Source of the DNA: Heterodontus francisci
Lineage: Eukaryota
DNA length: 64,000 nt
Direction of reading: 5' to 3'
Assembly (NCBI RefSeq): GCF_036365525.1
Contig: NC_090404.1
Location: 3,224,001-3,288,000, forward strand
The position numbers were made by a program, and so were the translations under genes. Within the stretch, counting starts at the first letter, position 1, and each line of letters starts with the position of its first letter. The notes under the pieces were generated by a model. That model had not been told where the DNA came from, searched no databases, and saw nothing but the letters and a program-made list of their open reading frames with translations. Shown in pieces: positions 48,950-62,008 of this stretch.

Positions 48950-51090
48950 TGGAATCAAAAGTTGGCATACAAAACGGCAGCTGAACAATGGGCTAACTTC
49001 AAAGAAGAGATAGTTCGGACACAGTCAAGGCATATTCCCTCGAAGGAGAAAGGCAGAGCAAACAAATCCAGAGCTCCGTGGATGACAAAAGAGATTGAGA
49101 TTAAGATAAAGAAGGAACAGTGTGCTTATGACAGATTTCAGGTAGAGAGTACAATTGAGAACCAGCCTGAATATAAAAGGTTCAGAAGGGAAGTGAAAAT
49201 CAAATAAGAGAAGTAAAGAGAGAGTATGAACAGAGACTGGCAGCTAACATAAAAGAGAATCCCAAACTTTTCTATAGACATATAAATAGTAAGAGGGTGG
49301 CAAAACGTGGGGTAGGGCTGATTAAGGACGAAAACGGGGATTTAGGAATGGAAGCAGGCGGAATATCTGAGGTATTAACTGATACTTTGCATCAGTCTTT
49401 ACCAAGGAAGAAGATGCAACCCAGGCAGTAGTGATAGAGGAGATAATTAACACACTAGAAGGGTTAAAATCGATAAGGAGGAGGTATTAGATAGGCTATC
49501 TGTACTTAAAGTGGATAAGACAAGATCGGGTGAGATGCATCCAAGGATAGCGAGGGAAGTGAGAGTGGAAATTGCGGAGGCACTGGCCATAATTTTCCAG
49601 TCTTCCTTAGACTCGGGGGTGATGGAAGACTGGAGAATTACAAACGTTACACCCTTGTTCAAAAAAGGATGTATAGATAAGCCCAGCAACTACAGGCCAG
49701 TCAGTTTAACTTAGGTGGTGGGGGGACGTCTACAAAGATTAATTAGGGAAAAATTAACTGTCACATGGACACATGCGGGCTAATTAAAGAAAGCCAACAT
49801 GGACTTGTGAAGGAAAAATCATGTTTAACTAACTTACTGGAGTGTTTTGAGGAGGTAACAGAGAGAGAGTTGATGAGGGCAATTCTGTTGATGTGGTGTA
49901 CATGGACTTTCAAAAGGCGTTTGATACAGTGCCATACAACAGACTTGTGAGTGAAGCTATAGCTCATGGAATAAAAGAGACGGTAGCAACATTGGTACGG
50001 AATTGCCTGAGTGACAGGAAGCGAAAAGTAATGGTTAATGGATGTTTTTCGGACTGGAGGAAGGTTTGTAGTGGAGTTCCCCAGGGATCAGTGTTGGGAC
50101 CCTTGCTTTTCCTGATATATATTAATGACCGAGACTTTGGTGCACAGGGCACAATTTCAAAGTTTGTGTATGATACGAAACTTGAAAGCATTGTGAATTG
50201 TGAGGAGGATAGTGTAGAACTTCAAAAGGACATAGACAAGTTGGTGGAATGGGCGGACAGGTGGCAGATGAAGTTCAATGCAAAGAAATGCAAAGTGATT
50301 CATTTCGGTAGGAAGAACATGGAGAGGCAACATAAAATAAAGAATACAATTCTAAAGGGGGTGCAGGAGCAGAGGGACCGCGATGTATATGTCCATAAAT
50401 AATTGAAGGTAGCAGGACAGGTTGAGAGAGCGGTTAACAAAGCATACAGTATCCTGGGCTTTATTAACAGAGGCATAGAGTACAAGAGCAAGGAAGTTAT
50501 GTTCAACTTGTACAACACACTAGTTCGGCCTCAGCTGGAGTATTGTGTCCAGTTCTGGGCACCACACTTTAGGAAAGACGTGAGGGCACTGGAGAGAGTA
50601 CAGAAGAGATTCATGAGAATGGTTCCCGGGATGAGGAACTTCAGTTATGAAGATAGATTGGAGAAGTTAGGACTGTTTTCCTTGGAGAAGAGAAGGCTGA
50701 GAGGTGATTTGATTGAGGTATTCTAAGTCATGAGGGGTCTGGACAGAGTAAATAGAGAGAAACTGTTCCCACTCGTGAAAGGATCGAGAACGAGAGGGCA
50801 GAGATTTAAAGTATTTGGTAAGAGAAGCAAAAGTGACATGAGGAAAAACTTTTTCACACAGCGAGTGGTTAAAGTCTGGAATGTGCTGCCTGAGAACGTG
50901 GTGGAGGCAGGTTCAATTGAAACATTCAAAAGGGAATTAGACAGTTATCTGAAAAGGACGAATGTGCAGGGTTATGGGGAAAAGGCGGGGGAATGGAACT
51001 GAGGGAATTGCTCTTTCAGAGAGCCAGTGTGGACACGATGGGCTGAATGGACTCCTTCTGTGCTGTAACAATTCTGTGATTCTGTGATTT
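48950..51090 (+). mobile_element. CR1-type LINE, ~2.1 kb, disrupted RT ORF2
   Basis: [53 protein letters not shown]; (ATTCTGTG)n tail. Confidence 0.95.
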
Positions 51091-51104
51091 TTTTAAATCA
51101 CGCA

Positions 51105-52070
51105 TACTGTCCACACACACGCACAGACAGTTTTAGCAATCTCCCCTCTGCAGGATTCTATCTGTCTCACACACTGTCCACACACACACACAGACAGTTT
51201 TAGCAATCTCCCCTCTGCAGGATTCTATCTGTCTCACACACTGTCCACACAGACAGTTTTAGCAATCTCCCCTCTGTGGGATTCTATCTGTCTCACACAC
51301 TGTCCACACACACACACAGACAGTTTTAGCAATCTCCCCTCTGCAGGATTCTATCTGTCTCACACACTGTCCACACAGACAGTTTTAGCAATCTCCCCTC
51401 TGCGGGATTCTTTCTGTCTCACACACTGTCCACACACACACACAGACAGTTTTAACAATCTCCCCTCTGCAGGATTCTATCTGTCTCACACACTGTCCAC
51501 ACAGACAGTTTTAGCAATCTCCCCTCTGCAGGATTCTATCTGTCTCACACATTGTCCACACAGACACACAGACAGTTTTAGCAATCTCCCCTCTGTAGGA
51601 TTCTATCTGTCTCACACACTGTCCACACAGACAGTTTTAGCAATCTCCCCTATGCAGGATTCTTTCTGTCTCACACACACTGTCCACACAGACACACAGA
51701 CAGTTTTAGCAATCTCCCCTCTGCAGGATTCTATCTGTCTCACACACTGTCCACACAGACAGTTTTAGCAATCTCCCCTCTGCAGGATTCTATCTGTCTC
51801 ACACACTGTCCACACAGACAGTTTTAGCAATCTCCCCTCTGCAGGATTCTTTCTGTCTCACACACATTGTCCACACAGACACACACACACACTTTCAGCA
51901 TTTCCCTTCTGCTGGATTCTATCTGCATCACACACTGTCCACACACACACAAACACACACCTTTAGAAATCTCTTCTCCGCTGGACTGTCTCTATTACAC
52001 ACGCTGCCCACACATCCGCACCCGCACGCACAGACACACACATTTGGCAATCTCCCCTCTGCTGGACTCG
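51105..52070. repeat. Minisatellite: 12 homogeneous 59/67-bp units plus about 3 degenerate units
   Basis: Unit gacagttttagcaatctcccctctgcaggattctatctgtctcacacactgtccacac(a..) at 51126, 51193, 51252, 51319, 51378, 51445, 51504, 51571, 51630, 51699, 51758 and 51817. Confidence 0.95.
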
Positions 52071-52405
52071 AGCTGTAAACCTTTATCGAAAGTGGCTGGA
52101 GTATTTTTTCCAATTCTGGGTACCATACTGCGACTGTTACAATGATCACAAAACCTGTTTATCATAACTATCTTTCCGTCCATCTATCCTGCAGAAACTA
52201 GAACAGCGAACAGCATGAAAATTCCTGCTGTAAGCAACAAACTAAAGATAATAAAATTTGTAGCTTTTTTGAAACTAGAACCATTAATTCAACATAACTT
52301 GTGTGTGAAGGTGTTCGAATACATTGCTTGTAAAAGCTCGTTCGCTTTCCATTGTCCTCCTTGTTGCTCATTGGAAGTCCATTCATCCATCCTTGATGTT
52401 TCGAA

Positions 52406-52842
52406 CAGGCGAACATACGAATTAGGAGCAGGAGTAGGCCACTCGGCCCGTCGAGCCTACTCTGCCATTCAATAAAATAAAGATCTGATTGTAACCTCAA
52501 CACCACATTCCTGCTTACTCCCAATAACCTTTCACCCCCTTGCTTATCAAGAGTCTATCTACCTCTGCCTTAAAAATATTCAAAGACTCTTCTTCCATTG
52601 CCTTTTGAGGAAGAGTCCCAAAGGCTCACGACCCTCTGAGAGACAACATTTCTCATCATCTCTGTCTTAAATGGGCAACCCCTAATTTTTAAACAGTTCT
52701 AGATTCTCCCACAAGTGGAAACATCCTTTCCACACCCACGCTGTCAAGACCCCTCAGGATCTTATATATTTCAATCAAGTTGCCTCATTCTCTTCTAAAC
52801 TCTAGCATATATAAGTTTAGCTGGTCCATTTCTTCCTCATAA
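52406..52842 (-). mobile_element. CR1 LINE 3' end (same subfamily as 851-1830)
   Basis: cgaacatacgaattaggagcaggagtaggcc tail and near-identical 3' UTR. Confidence 0.85.
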
Positions 52843-53519
52843 CCTTATAGTTAAGGCACCCCATGGTAGCAGTGATCATAATATGTTTGAATTTTACGTT
52901 CAGTTTGAGGGAAAGAGTGGGTCCAAAACTAGTATTTTAAACCTAAATAAGGGCCACTATGAGGGCATGAAAGCAGAGCTAGCTAAAGTGAACTGGCAAA
53001 TCAGGTTAAGGGATAGGTCAATAGAGATGCAGTGGCAGACATTTAAGGGGATATTTCAGAACACACAGAATACATACATTTCAACGAGAAAGACAAATTC
53101 CAAGGGTGGGACCCACCATCCATGGTTATCTAAAACAGTTAAAGATAGTATCAAACTTAAAGAAAAAAGACTATAATTGCGTAAAGATGGGAGGCAGGTC
53201 AGAAGATTGGACAGAATTTAAAAAAACAGTAAAGAATGACTAAAAGATTGATAAGGAAGGTAACATTAGAGAACAAAATAAAGCTAGCTAGCAACATGAA
53301 GACAGATAGAAAGAGTTTCCACGGATATTTAAAAATGAAGAGATAACAAAGTGAGCGTTCGTCCTGTAAAAAGTGAGTCTGGGGAATTAATAACAGACAA
53401 TAAGGAGATGGCAGGTGAATTAAACAGTTATTTCGCATCAGTCTTCACTATAGAGCATGCAAGTAACATCCCAGAATCAGCCGTAAGACAGGAAATGGAA
53501 GGCAGTGAGAAACTGATTT
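52843..53519 (+). mobile_element. CR1 LINE ORF2 fragment (end of endonuclease and tether)
   Basis: SDHNMFEF..WQTFKGIF..PWLSK; ELNSYFASVFT. Confidence 0.85.
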
Positions 53520-54690
53520 ATTTCCTGACTTATGGGTAATTCTGGGATGTTACTTGCATGCTCTATAGTGAAGACCGATGCAAACTAACTTCAATTCACC
53601 TGCCATCTCCTTATTATCTGCTATTAATTCCCCAGACTCACTTTCTATTGGACGAACGCTCACTTTATTAACTCTTTTCTTTTTAGAATATCTATAGAAA
53701 CTCTTACTATCTGTCTTTATATTCCCAGCTAGCTTTGTGTCGTACTCTAATTTGACTTTCCTTATCAATCTTTTAGTCATTCTTTGCTTTTTTTATGTTC
53801 TGTTCAATCTTCTGACCTGCCTCCCATCTTTGCATAAATATATGTTTTTTCTTTAAGTTTGATGCTATCTTTAATTTTTTTACTTAACCACGATGGCGAG
53901 CCGCCTGTCCCGCCGCCCCCTTGGAATTTTTGTTTCTCGTTTGAATGTTCTATTCGGTGTATTCTGAAATATCCCCTTAAATGTCTGCCACTGCATCTCT
54001 TTTGACCTACCCCTTAAGCTAATTTGCCAATTCACATGAGCAAGCTCTGCTTTCATGCCCTCTTAATTGCCCTTATTTAAGTTTAAAATACTAGTCTTCG
54101 ACCCACTTTTCTCTCCCTCAAACTGAATGTAAAATTCAAACATATTATGATCGCTGCTACCTAGGGGCGCCTTAACTATGAGGTCATTAGTTGATCCTGT
54201 TTCCTTGCACGATACCAGGTCTAGTATAGCCTGCTCTCTGGTTGGCTCCAGAACGTACTGTTCCAAGAAATTATCCCGAAAACATTCCATACATTCCTCA
54301 TCTAAGCTACCTCTGCCCATTTGATTTTTCCTGTCTATATGTAGGTTAAACTACCCCAGATTATAGCCGTACCTTTCTGACAAGCTGCCCTTATTTCTTC
54401 CTTTATATCCCATCCTATAGTGTGGTTAATGTTAGGTGGCCTGTACATCACTTCCACAAGTGACTTCTTGCCTTTATGATTTCTCATCTCTACTCAAACT
54501 GCTTCTACATCCTGGTTTCCTGAAGTTAGGTCATTCCTCTCGATTGTGCTAATACCATCATGAATTAACAGAGCCACCCGTCCACCTTTTCCTAGCTCCA
54601 AGTCGGTCCTAAATGCCATGTACCCTTCAATTCAGGTCCAAATCTATGTCATCCTGCAGCCATGTCTTTGAATTAACTATCAAATCATAC
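53520..54690 (-). mobile_element. CR1 LINE ORF2 fragment (APE endonuclease), inverted relative to its neighbour
   Basis: QYVLEPTREQAILDLV..LGSSDHNMFEF on -. Confidence 0.85.
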
Positions 54691-54699
54691 TGGAACTAG

Positions 54700-55142
54700 T
54701 AGGAACATAGGAGCAGAAGTAGGCCATTCAGCCCATCGAGCCTGCCCCGCCATTCAATATGGTCATGGCTTCAAAGCCCTTTTCCCACACAATCCCCAAA
54801 TCCCTTTATGTCATTTGTATTTAGAAATCTGTCAATCTCTCCTTTAAACATACTCAATGACTGAGTTTCAACAGCCTTCTGGGGTAGAGAATTCCAAAGA
54901 TTCACAACCCTCTGAGTAAAGAAATTTCTCCTCATCTCTGTCCTCAGTGGCTTCCCACTAATTTGAAATTGTGTCCCCGAGTTCTAGGCTCCTCAACCGG
55001 GAGAAACATCTTAGCTGCATCTACTTTGTCGATCACTTTAAGTATTTTGTAGGTTTCAATGAGATCACCTCTCATTCTTTGAAACTCTAGAGAACACAGA
55101 CTCAGTTTCGCCAATCTCTCTTCATAGGACAGTCCCGCCATC
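54700..55142 (-). mobile_element. CR1 LINE 3' fragment
   Basis: GLSYEERL..RGDLIETYKIL. Confidence 0.85.
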
Positions 55143-55324
55143 TTGGGATGTGGTTTCGTTTATATGGGAACTAACCAATTAAGTGACTGAAACCAGGGGC
55201 CATGGACATAAGAAAGTCGCTAATAAATTCAATAGTGAATTGGGGAGAAGCTTGTTTACCAAGTGGTGAGAATGTGGAGTTTTGTTTTACCTTAGGTAGG
55301 GCCTGAGGTGAAAATTTAGATACA

Positions 55325-55575
55325 TTTATTTTTTATTTATTTATTTTTTTAATTTAGAGAATCAGCACTGAAACAGGCCCTTCGGCCCACCGAGTCTGTG
55401 CCGACCAACAACCACCCATTTATACTAACCCTACAATAATCCCATATTCCCTACCACCTACCTGCACTAGGGGCAATTTACAACAGCCAATTTACCTATC
55501 ACCTGCAAGTCTTTGGCTGTGGGAGGAAACCGAACACCCGGCGAAAACCCACGCGGTCAGAGGGAGAACTTGCAA
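55325..55575 (-). mobile_element. 5'-truncated V-SINE (HE1-like)
   Basis: On -: gcgtgggttttcgccgggtgttcggtttcctcccacagccaaagact (V-domain) ... gggccgaagggcctgtttcagtgct plus A-rich tail; the family name is from recall. Confidence 0.7.
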
Positions 55576-56220
55576 GAGAACTTGCATTTCAGAGAAAGCT
55601 AGATTAATACACGGTGAAGAAAGAAAGAGACGGATGTGCTGAAACGATGAGGTGAAGTCGGTTGGAAAAAGGCTCGTGTGGAGCATAAGCAGTAGCATAG
55701 ACCAGCTGGGCCGAATGTCCTGTTCCTGTGTTGTCAATGCAATATAAATTATATGCAATGCAATTTTCCGAATAGCCACAACGGGGCGCAAGTGAACAAT
55801 GCACGGTCGGACAGAGAAGTAAAGTTGAAAAGAATAAACAGCAAAGGCTGTGCTTGCACAGATTGTCCTTCTGACCTCCATCTCCACAACCTCTGACGAT
55901 AATAATAATAAAATATATGCTTCATAAGAACATAAGAAATAGGAGCAGGAGTAGGCCATTCATCCCATCAAACCTGCTCCGCCGTTCAATAATATCATGG
56001 CTGATCTGCCCCAGACCTCAACTCCTCATTCATGCCAGCTCCTCATAGCCACCAACTCCCCAATATTTCAAAAATCTATCTGCCTCCTCTAAAACACTTC
56101 CAGTGATCTAGCCTCCACAACTCTCTGGGGTAGAGAATTCCAGACATTGACTACCCTCTGAGAGAAGAAATTCCTTCACATTTCAGTTTCAAATGAGCAT
56201 CCCCTTATTCTGTAACTATA

Positions 56221-58822
56221 GAGTCATAGACTTATATAGCACAGAAACATAACCTTCAACCCATCGTGTCCGTGCCAACCACCAAGCACCTATCTATTCT
56301 AATCCCATTTTCCAGCACATGGCCCGTAGCCTTGTATGCTATGGCGTTTCAAGTGCTCATCTAAATACTTCTTAAACGTTGTGATGGTTCCTGCCTCTAC
56401 GGCCCTTTCAGGCAGTGTGTACCAGATTCCAACTACCCTCTGGGTGAATTGTTTTCCCCTCAAATCCCCTCTAAAACTCCTGCCCCTTATCTTAAATCTG
56501 TGCCCCCAGCTTAGTGACACCTCCAATAAGGGAAATGTTTTTTCCTATCTCCACTATCTATACCCCTCATAATTTTGTATATCTCAATCAAGTTCCCCCT
56601 TCTCTGCTCTAAGGAAAACAACCCTAGCCTATCCAGTTTGTCTTCATAGCTGAAATGCTCCAGCCAAGGAAACATCCTGGTGTATCACCTCTGCACCCTC
56701 TCCAGCGTAATCGCATCATCCCTGAGGTGTGGCAACCAGAACTGTACACAGTACTCCAGCAACGGCCTAACTAGCGTTTTATACAGCTCTATTCTAACTT
56801 CCCTGCTCTTATATTCTATGTTTCAGTTAACAAAGGCAAGTATTCCATCGGCCTTCCTAACCGCCTTATCTACCTGTGCTGCTGCCTTCAGTGATCTATG
56901 GACAAGTACACAAAGGTACCTCTGACCCTCTGTACTTTCTGGGTTCCTACCATCCATGGTATATTCCCTTGCCTTGTTAGTCCTCCCAAAATGCATCACC
57001 TCACACTTCTCAGGATTAAAGTCCATTTGTCACTGCTCAACCCATCTTACCAACCCATCTATATCGTCCTGCAATCTAAGACTTTCCTCCTCACTATTTA
57101 TGCCACCACCAATTTTCATGTCATCTCCGAACCTCCTATATTCATGTCTAAATGATTAATGTACACTACAAACAGCAAGGGTCCCAGTACTGATCCCAGT
57201 TGTACACCACTGGTCACAGGCTTCCAATCGCAAAAACAACCTTCGACCATCACACTCTGCCTCCTGCAACTAAGCCAATTTTGAATGCAATTTGCCAAAT
57301 TGCCCTGGTTCCCATGGGCTCTTACCTTCTTAACCAATCTCCCATGTGATACCTTATCAAAAGCCTTACTGAAATCCATGTAGACTACATCAACTGCTTT
57401 ATCCTCATCTACACATCTAGTCACCGCCTCGAAAAATTCAATCAAGTTAGTTAGACACGATCTCCCCCTGACAAAGCCATGCTGACTATCCGTGAGTAAT
57501 TCCTACCTCTCCAGGTGGAGATTAATCCTGTCCCTCAGAGTTTTTTCCCAATAGTTTCCCTACCACTGATGTTAGACTCACTGGCCTGTAATTACCTGGT
57601 TTATCCCTGCTACCCTTCTTGAATAATGGTACCACAATCGCTGTCCTCTGGCACCTCTCCTGTGGCCAGAGAGGATTTGAAAATTTGTGTCAGAGCCCTT
57701 GCAATCTTCTTCCCTGCCTCACATAACAGCCTGGGATGCATCTCATCTGGGCCTGGGAATTTATCCACTTGTAAGCTCGCTAAAACTGCTAATACCTTCT
57801 CCCTTTTAATGTTATTTTGTTCAATTATATCAGGACCCCCCTCCCTGATCTCTACACCTACATCGTCCTTCTCCATAGTGAACGCAGATGAAAAATAATC
57901 ATTCAAAACCTCACCTATGTCCTCCGGCTCCATACACAGATTGCCACGTTGGTCCCTAATGGGTCCTACTCTTTCCCTGGTTATCCTCTTGTCCTTAATA
58001 TACTTATAAAACGGCTTGGGATACTCGTTTATCTTGCCCACCAGTGTTTTTCATGCCCCCTCTTCGCTCTCCTAATTACTTTTTTAAATACCCCCCTACA
58101 ATGTCTATACTCTTCAAGGGCCTCTGCTGTTTTCAGCGGTATGAATCTGCCATAAGCCTCCTTTCTCTTCCCTATCCAATTCACTATGTCCCTTGACATC
58201 CTGCATTCTCCGGACTTATAGGTCCTACCCTTCACCTTTACGGGAACATGTTGGTCCTGAACTCTCGCTATTTCCTTTTTGAATGACTGTCACTGGTCTG
58301 ATGTAAACTTTCCTACAAGTAGCTGCTCCCAGCCCACTTTGGCTAGATCCTGCTTGATAATATTGAAATCGGCCTTCCCCCAATTCCGTACCTTTATTTT
58401 CGGTCCAACCATTGTCCTTCTCCATAAGTACCTTAAATCTTACAGAGTCATGGTCACTATCCCCGAAATGCTCCCCCACTGACACTTCTACCACTTGTCT
58501 GGCTTCATTCCCTAGGATTAGGTCCAGTACTGCCCCTCCTCTCCCTCCTCTTTTAGGACTCACTATGTGCTGGCTCAAAAAACTCTCCTGGATGTACTAT
58601 AAGAATTCCGCCCCCTTTTAAGCCTTTTGTACTAAGACTATCCCAGTTAATTTTGGGGAAGTTGAAATCCCCTACTATTATTAAGCTATTATTTTTACAC
58701 CGCTCTGAGATTTGCCCACATTTCTGCTGCTCTATCTCTCCCTGACTGTTTGGAGGCCTGTAGTACACTCCCAGCAAAGTGATTACCCCCTTTTTGTTTT
58801 TAAGTTCTACCCATATGGCCTC
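56221..58822 (-). mobile_element. CR1 LINE, ~2.6 kb (endonuclease plus RT, disrupted), nested inside another CR1
   Basis: LGVYYRPP..IIVGDFNFP, DFSKAFDKV, GSVLGPLLFVVYIN; host element at 55923-56220 resumes at ~58826-59125. Confidence 0.92.
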
Positions 58823-59969
58823 ATTTGGTGTCCCCTAGTTCGAGATTCCCCCACAAGTGGAAACATCTACTCAACTTCTACCCTGTCGAGCCCCCTCATA
58901 CGTAGCAACGAGGTCCTCATTCTTCGAAACTCTCATGAATAAAGGCCAAACCTGTTTAGCCATTCTTGATAAGTCAACCCCTTCATCCCAGGAATCAGCC
59001 TGGTGCATGTCTTTTAAACTGTCTCCAATGCCAGTATATCCGTTCTTCAATTCGGGGACCAAAAATGTACACAGTCCTCCAGGTGTGGCCTAACCAACAC
59101 CCTGTACAGTTGTAACACGACTTCCGATATATACTGGCCATGAGAAATTAGTTCCTAAATAATGAGTGGGATCAACACAATCCATTGTCGAGACAATGAC
59201 CAAAGAAAGACAGAGGAAAGAAAGATGACAAGATGGAAGAAAGTTATCTTGATTGTGACAATTTCAATTCAAATTTTAAGCATCCAAGAAAATTACAGCA
59301 TTCCGGAACTGGTCACATGAAAAACAATCCACTTGCTTAGAGTTACTTAACCAGTTAGTTCCCATATAACAGAAACCGAGTTCCAACTGCAAGCCCATTC
59401 AGCCCCACATACTCTCCCAGATACTGGAGACAGAAAGCAAACTCTAAGGACAAGTAACAAATTCTGAGGTACTTTATTTTATTCCTTCAGTGAGTAGTTC
59501 TGATCTGGAATGTACTGCCTGAAAGGGCAGTGAAAGCAGATTCAATCACAACTTTCAAAAGGAAATTTGAGAAGTACTTTAAAGGAGATATTTAGAGGCC
59601 AACGCAGAGAGAGCAGGGCGAATATGACTAATTACATAGCTCTTTCAAAGAGTCGTCAGATGCGCGATGGGCTGAAGGCCCTCCTTCCGTGCTATACCAT
59701 TCTATGGTTCGAAGGAGTGAGCGGTTTCTGCTTCGCTGAGTCATTCTGCACAATGGCTGTCAATCGGTGACAATACACATGGGGCACTGTTGCACCCAGC
59801 TACTTACAGCGGTTCAGATGATTACTCTCTCAGCGCCGTATTAACCCTCTCGGTGCTGGAGCACCACAGCCACTTTCAAAGCATACATCTTGTGCTGCTA
59901 AATGCACAAACTACAACATGGGGTTAGATTGTTTGCATTGTCCTAGCCGAATAGCTGAATAGAAGGCAT

Positions 59970-60122
59970 TTGCGCTTCTTTTCTTCCTTCCTGCATTCTT
60001 CCTTTCTATCTTATTTTACTTCATTGTTTCTTCCTTTTCCTCTTTTTCTCTCTCCCTTTTTCTTTCTGTCTTTTGCTCGCTCTCTTCTTTCGCTTCCTTT
60101 TCTCCTTTATTTCTTTTTATTT
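59970..60122. repeat. Pyrimidine-rich low-complexity tract
   Basis: Almost exclusively C/T on +. Confidence 0.8.
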
Positions 60123-60469
60123 GAAGTTTCGTGTGCTGAAGACAAATGCTTATTCTGCAACGATGTGAAATTTAAATAAAAACCTGTGTGTTAGGAAATA
60201 TAGCTTGAAAGCGGAATTCACAGAATCACAGAATTGTTACAGTGCAGAAGGTAGCCATTCGGCCCATCGTGTCTGCACTGGTTCTCCTAAATAGCAATTC
60301 ACCCAGTTCCATTCCCCGCCTTCTCCTCTTAACCTTGCACATATTTCCTTTTAAGATAACAGTCTAATTACTTTTTCAATGCTTCAAATACAAAAGCCTC
60401 CACCATATTCTCAGGCAGTGTATTCCAGACCTTCATGACTCGTTGCGTGAAAAAAATATTATTTTGGTG

Positions 60470-62008
60470 CTGTGTGCTGACAAATCCCCGGGTCCGAATG
60501 GTTTTCATCCTAAGGTGTTAAAAGAGGTGGCTAATGAGGCAGCAGATGCATTGGTGTTAATTTTTCAAAATTTGCTAGATTCTGGAAAGGTCCTATAGTC
60601 CGGAAAGTAACAAATATAACCGTTTTATTCAAGAAGGCTAGGCAGAAGACATTAGGCTTCTAAATAGCTTGACGTCTGTCGTGGGGAAGGGGTTAGAATC
60701 GCTCATTAAGGAGGCTATAGCTGGGCACTTAGAAAAACTCAAGGTAATCGGGAATAGTCAGCATGGTTTTGTGAAAGGGAAATCATGTTTAACCAATTTA
60801 TTGGAGTTCTTTGAAGGAGTAACATGCGCTGTGGATAAAGGGGAACCCATTGACGTACCGTACTTGGATTTCCAGAAGGCATTTGACAAGGCACCACATA
60901 AAAGGCTATTGCACAAAGTAGGAGCTCATGGTGTAGGTGGTAACATATTAGTATCGATAGAAGATGTGATTGGCAGGATGTGACGAATGGAGTCTCAGAG
61001 GGGACTGTTCTGGGGCCTCAACTTTATACAATTTATATCAATGACTTAGATGAGGGGAGCGATGGCGTGGCAGCTAAATTTTCAGAGGACACAAGGATAG
61101 GTAGGAAAGTATGTTGTGAAGAGGACATAAGGAGTTTGCATACCGATATAGATAGGTTGAGTGAGTGGACAAAAAAATCTGGCAGATGCGGTATAATGTG
61201 TGAAAATGTGAAGTTGTTCACTTTGGCAGGAAGGAAATAAAAGAAGAATATTACTTAAACGGAGAATGACTGCCGAATTCTGAGGTGCAGAGGGATCTAG
61301 GTGTTCTAGTGGATGAGTCACAAAAAGTTAGGTACAGCAAGAAATAAAGAAGGCTAATGGAATGCTATCATTTATTACGAGAGGAATTGAAAATGAAAGT
61401 AACAATGTTATGTTTCTGTTATACAGGGCATTGGTGAGACCACATCTCGAATACTCTGTGCAGCTTTGGTCTCCTTATTTAAGGACAGATGTAAATGCAT
61501 TGGAGGCAGTACAGAGAAGGTTTCCTAGGCGAATACCTGAAATGGGCGGGGTGTCTTAGGAGGAAAGATTGGACAGGCTAGGCTTGTATCCGCAGGAATT
61601 TAGAAGAGTAAGAGGCGACTTGATTGAAACAAAGGAGATCCTGAGGGGTCTTGACAGGGTCGATGTGGAAAGGAAGTTTCCCCTAGTGGGAGAATCTAGA
61701 ACTAGGCGTCACTGGTTAAAAATATGAGGACGCCCATTTAAGACAGAGTTGAAAAGAATTTCTTTCTCTCAGAGTGTCGTGAGTCTTTGGAATTCTCTTC
61801 CTCAAAAGGCAGTGGAAGCAAAGTCTTTGAATATTTTTAAGGCAGAGGTAGATAGATTCTTGATAAACAAGGGGATGGGAGGTTATCGGGGGTCGGTGGA
61901 AATGTGGAGTGATCAGTTCAGCCATGAACTTATTGAATGGCGAGCAGGGTCGAGGGGCCGAGTGGCCTACTCCTGCTCCGAATTCGTATGTTCGTATGTT
62001 TGTATGTT
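60470..62008 (+). mobile_element. CR1 LINE, ~1.5 kb, nested inside a minus-strand CR1 3' fragment (60217-60455, resuming ~62009-62075)
   Basis: SQHGFVKGKSCLTNLLEFFE, DFQKAFDK; (TTCGTATG)n tail. Confidence 0.92.

Noticed and set aside
51105-51900. Minisatellite as a CRISPR array or D-segment cluster
   Set aside because: No unique spacers and no paired 12/23 RSS with nonamers
59808-59871. GTAAG donor, 57 bp, then cacagcc (J-like geometry)
   Set aside because: No FGxG, an in-frame stop and no nonamer; cannot be distinguished from chance
48950-62008. Active autonomous retrotransposon
   Set aside because: All ORF2 copies are truncated and carry stops or frameshifts
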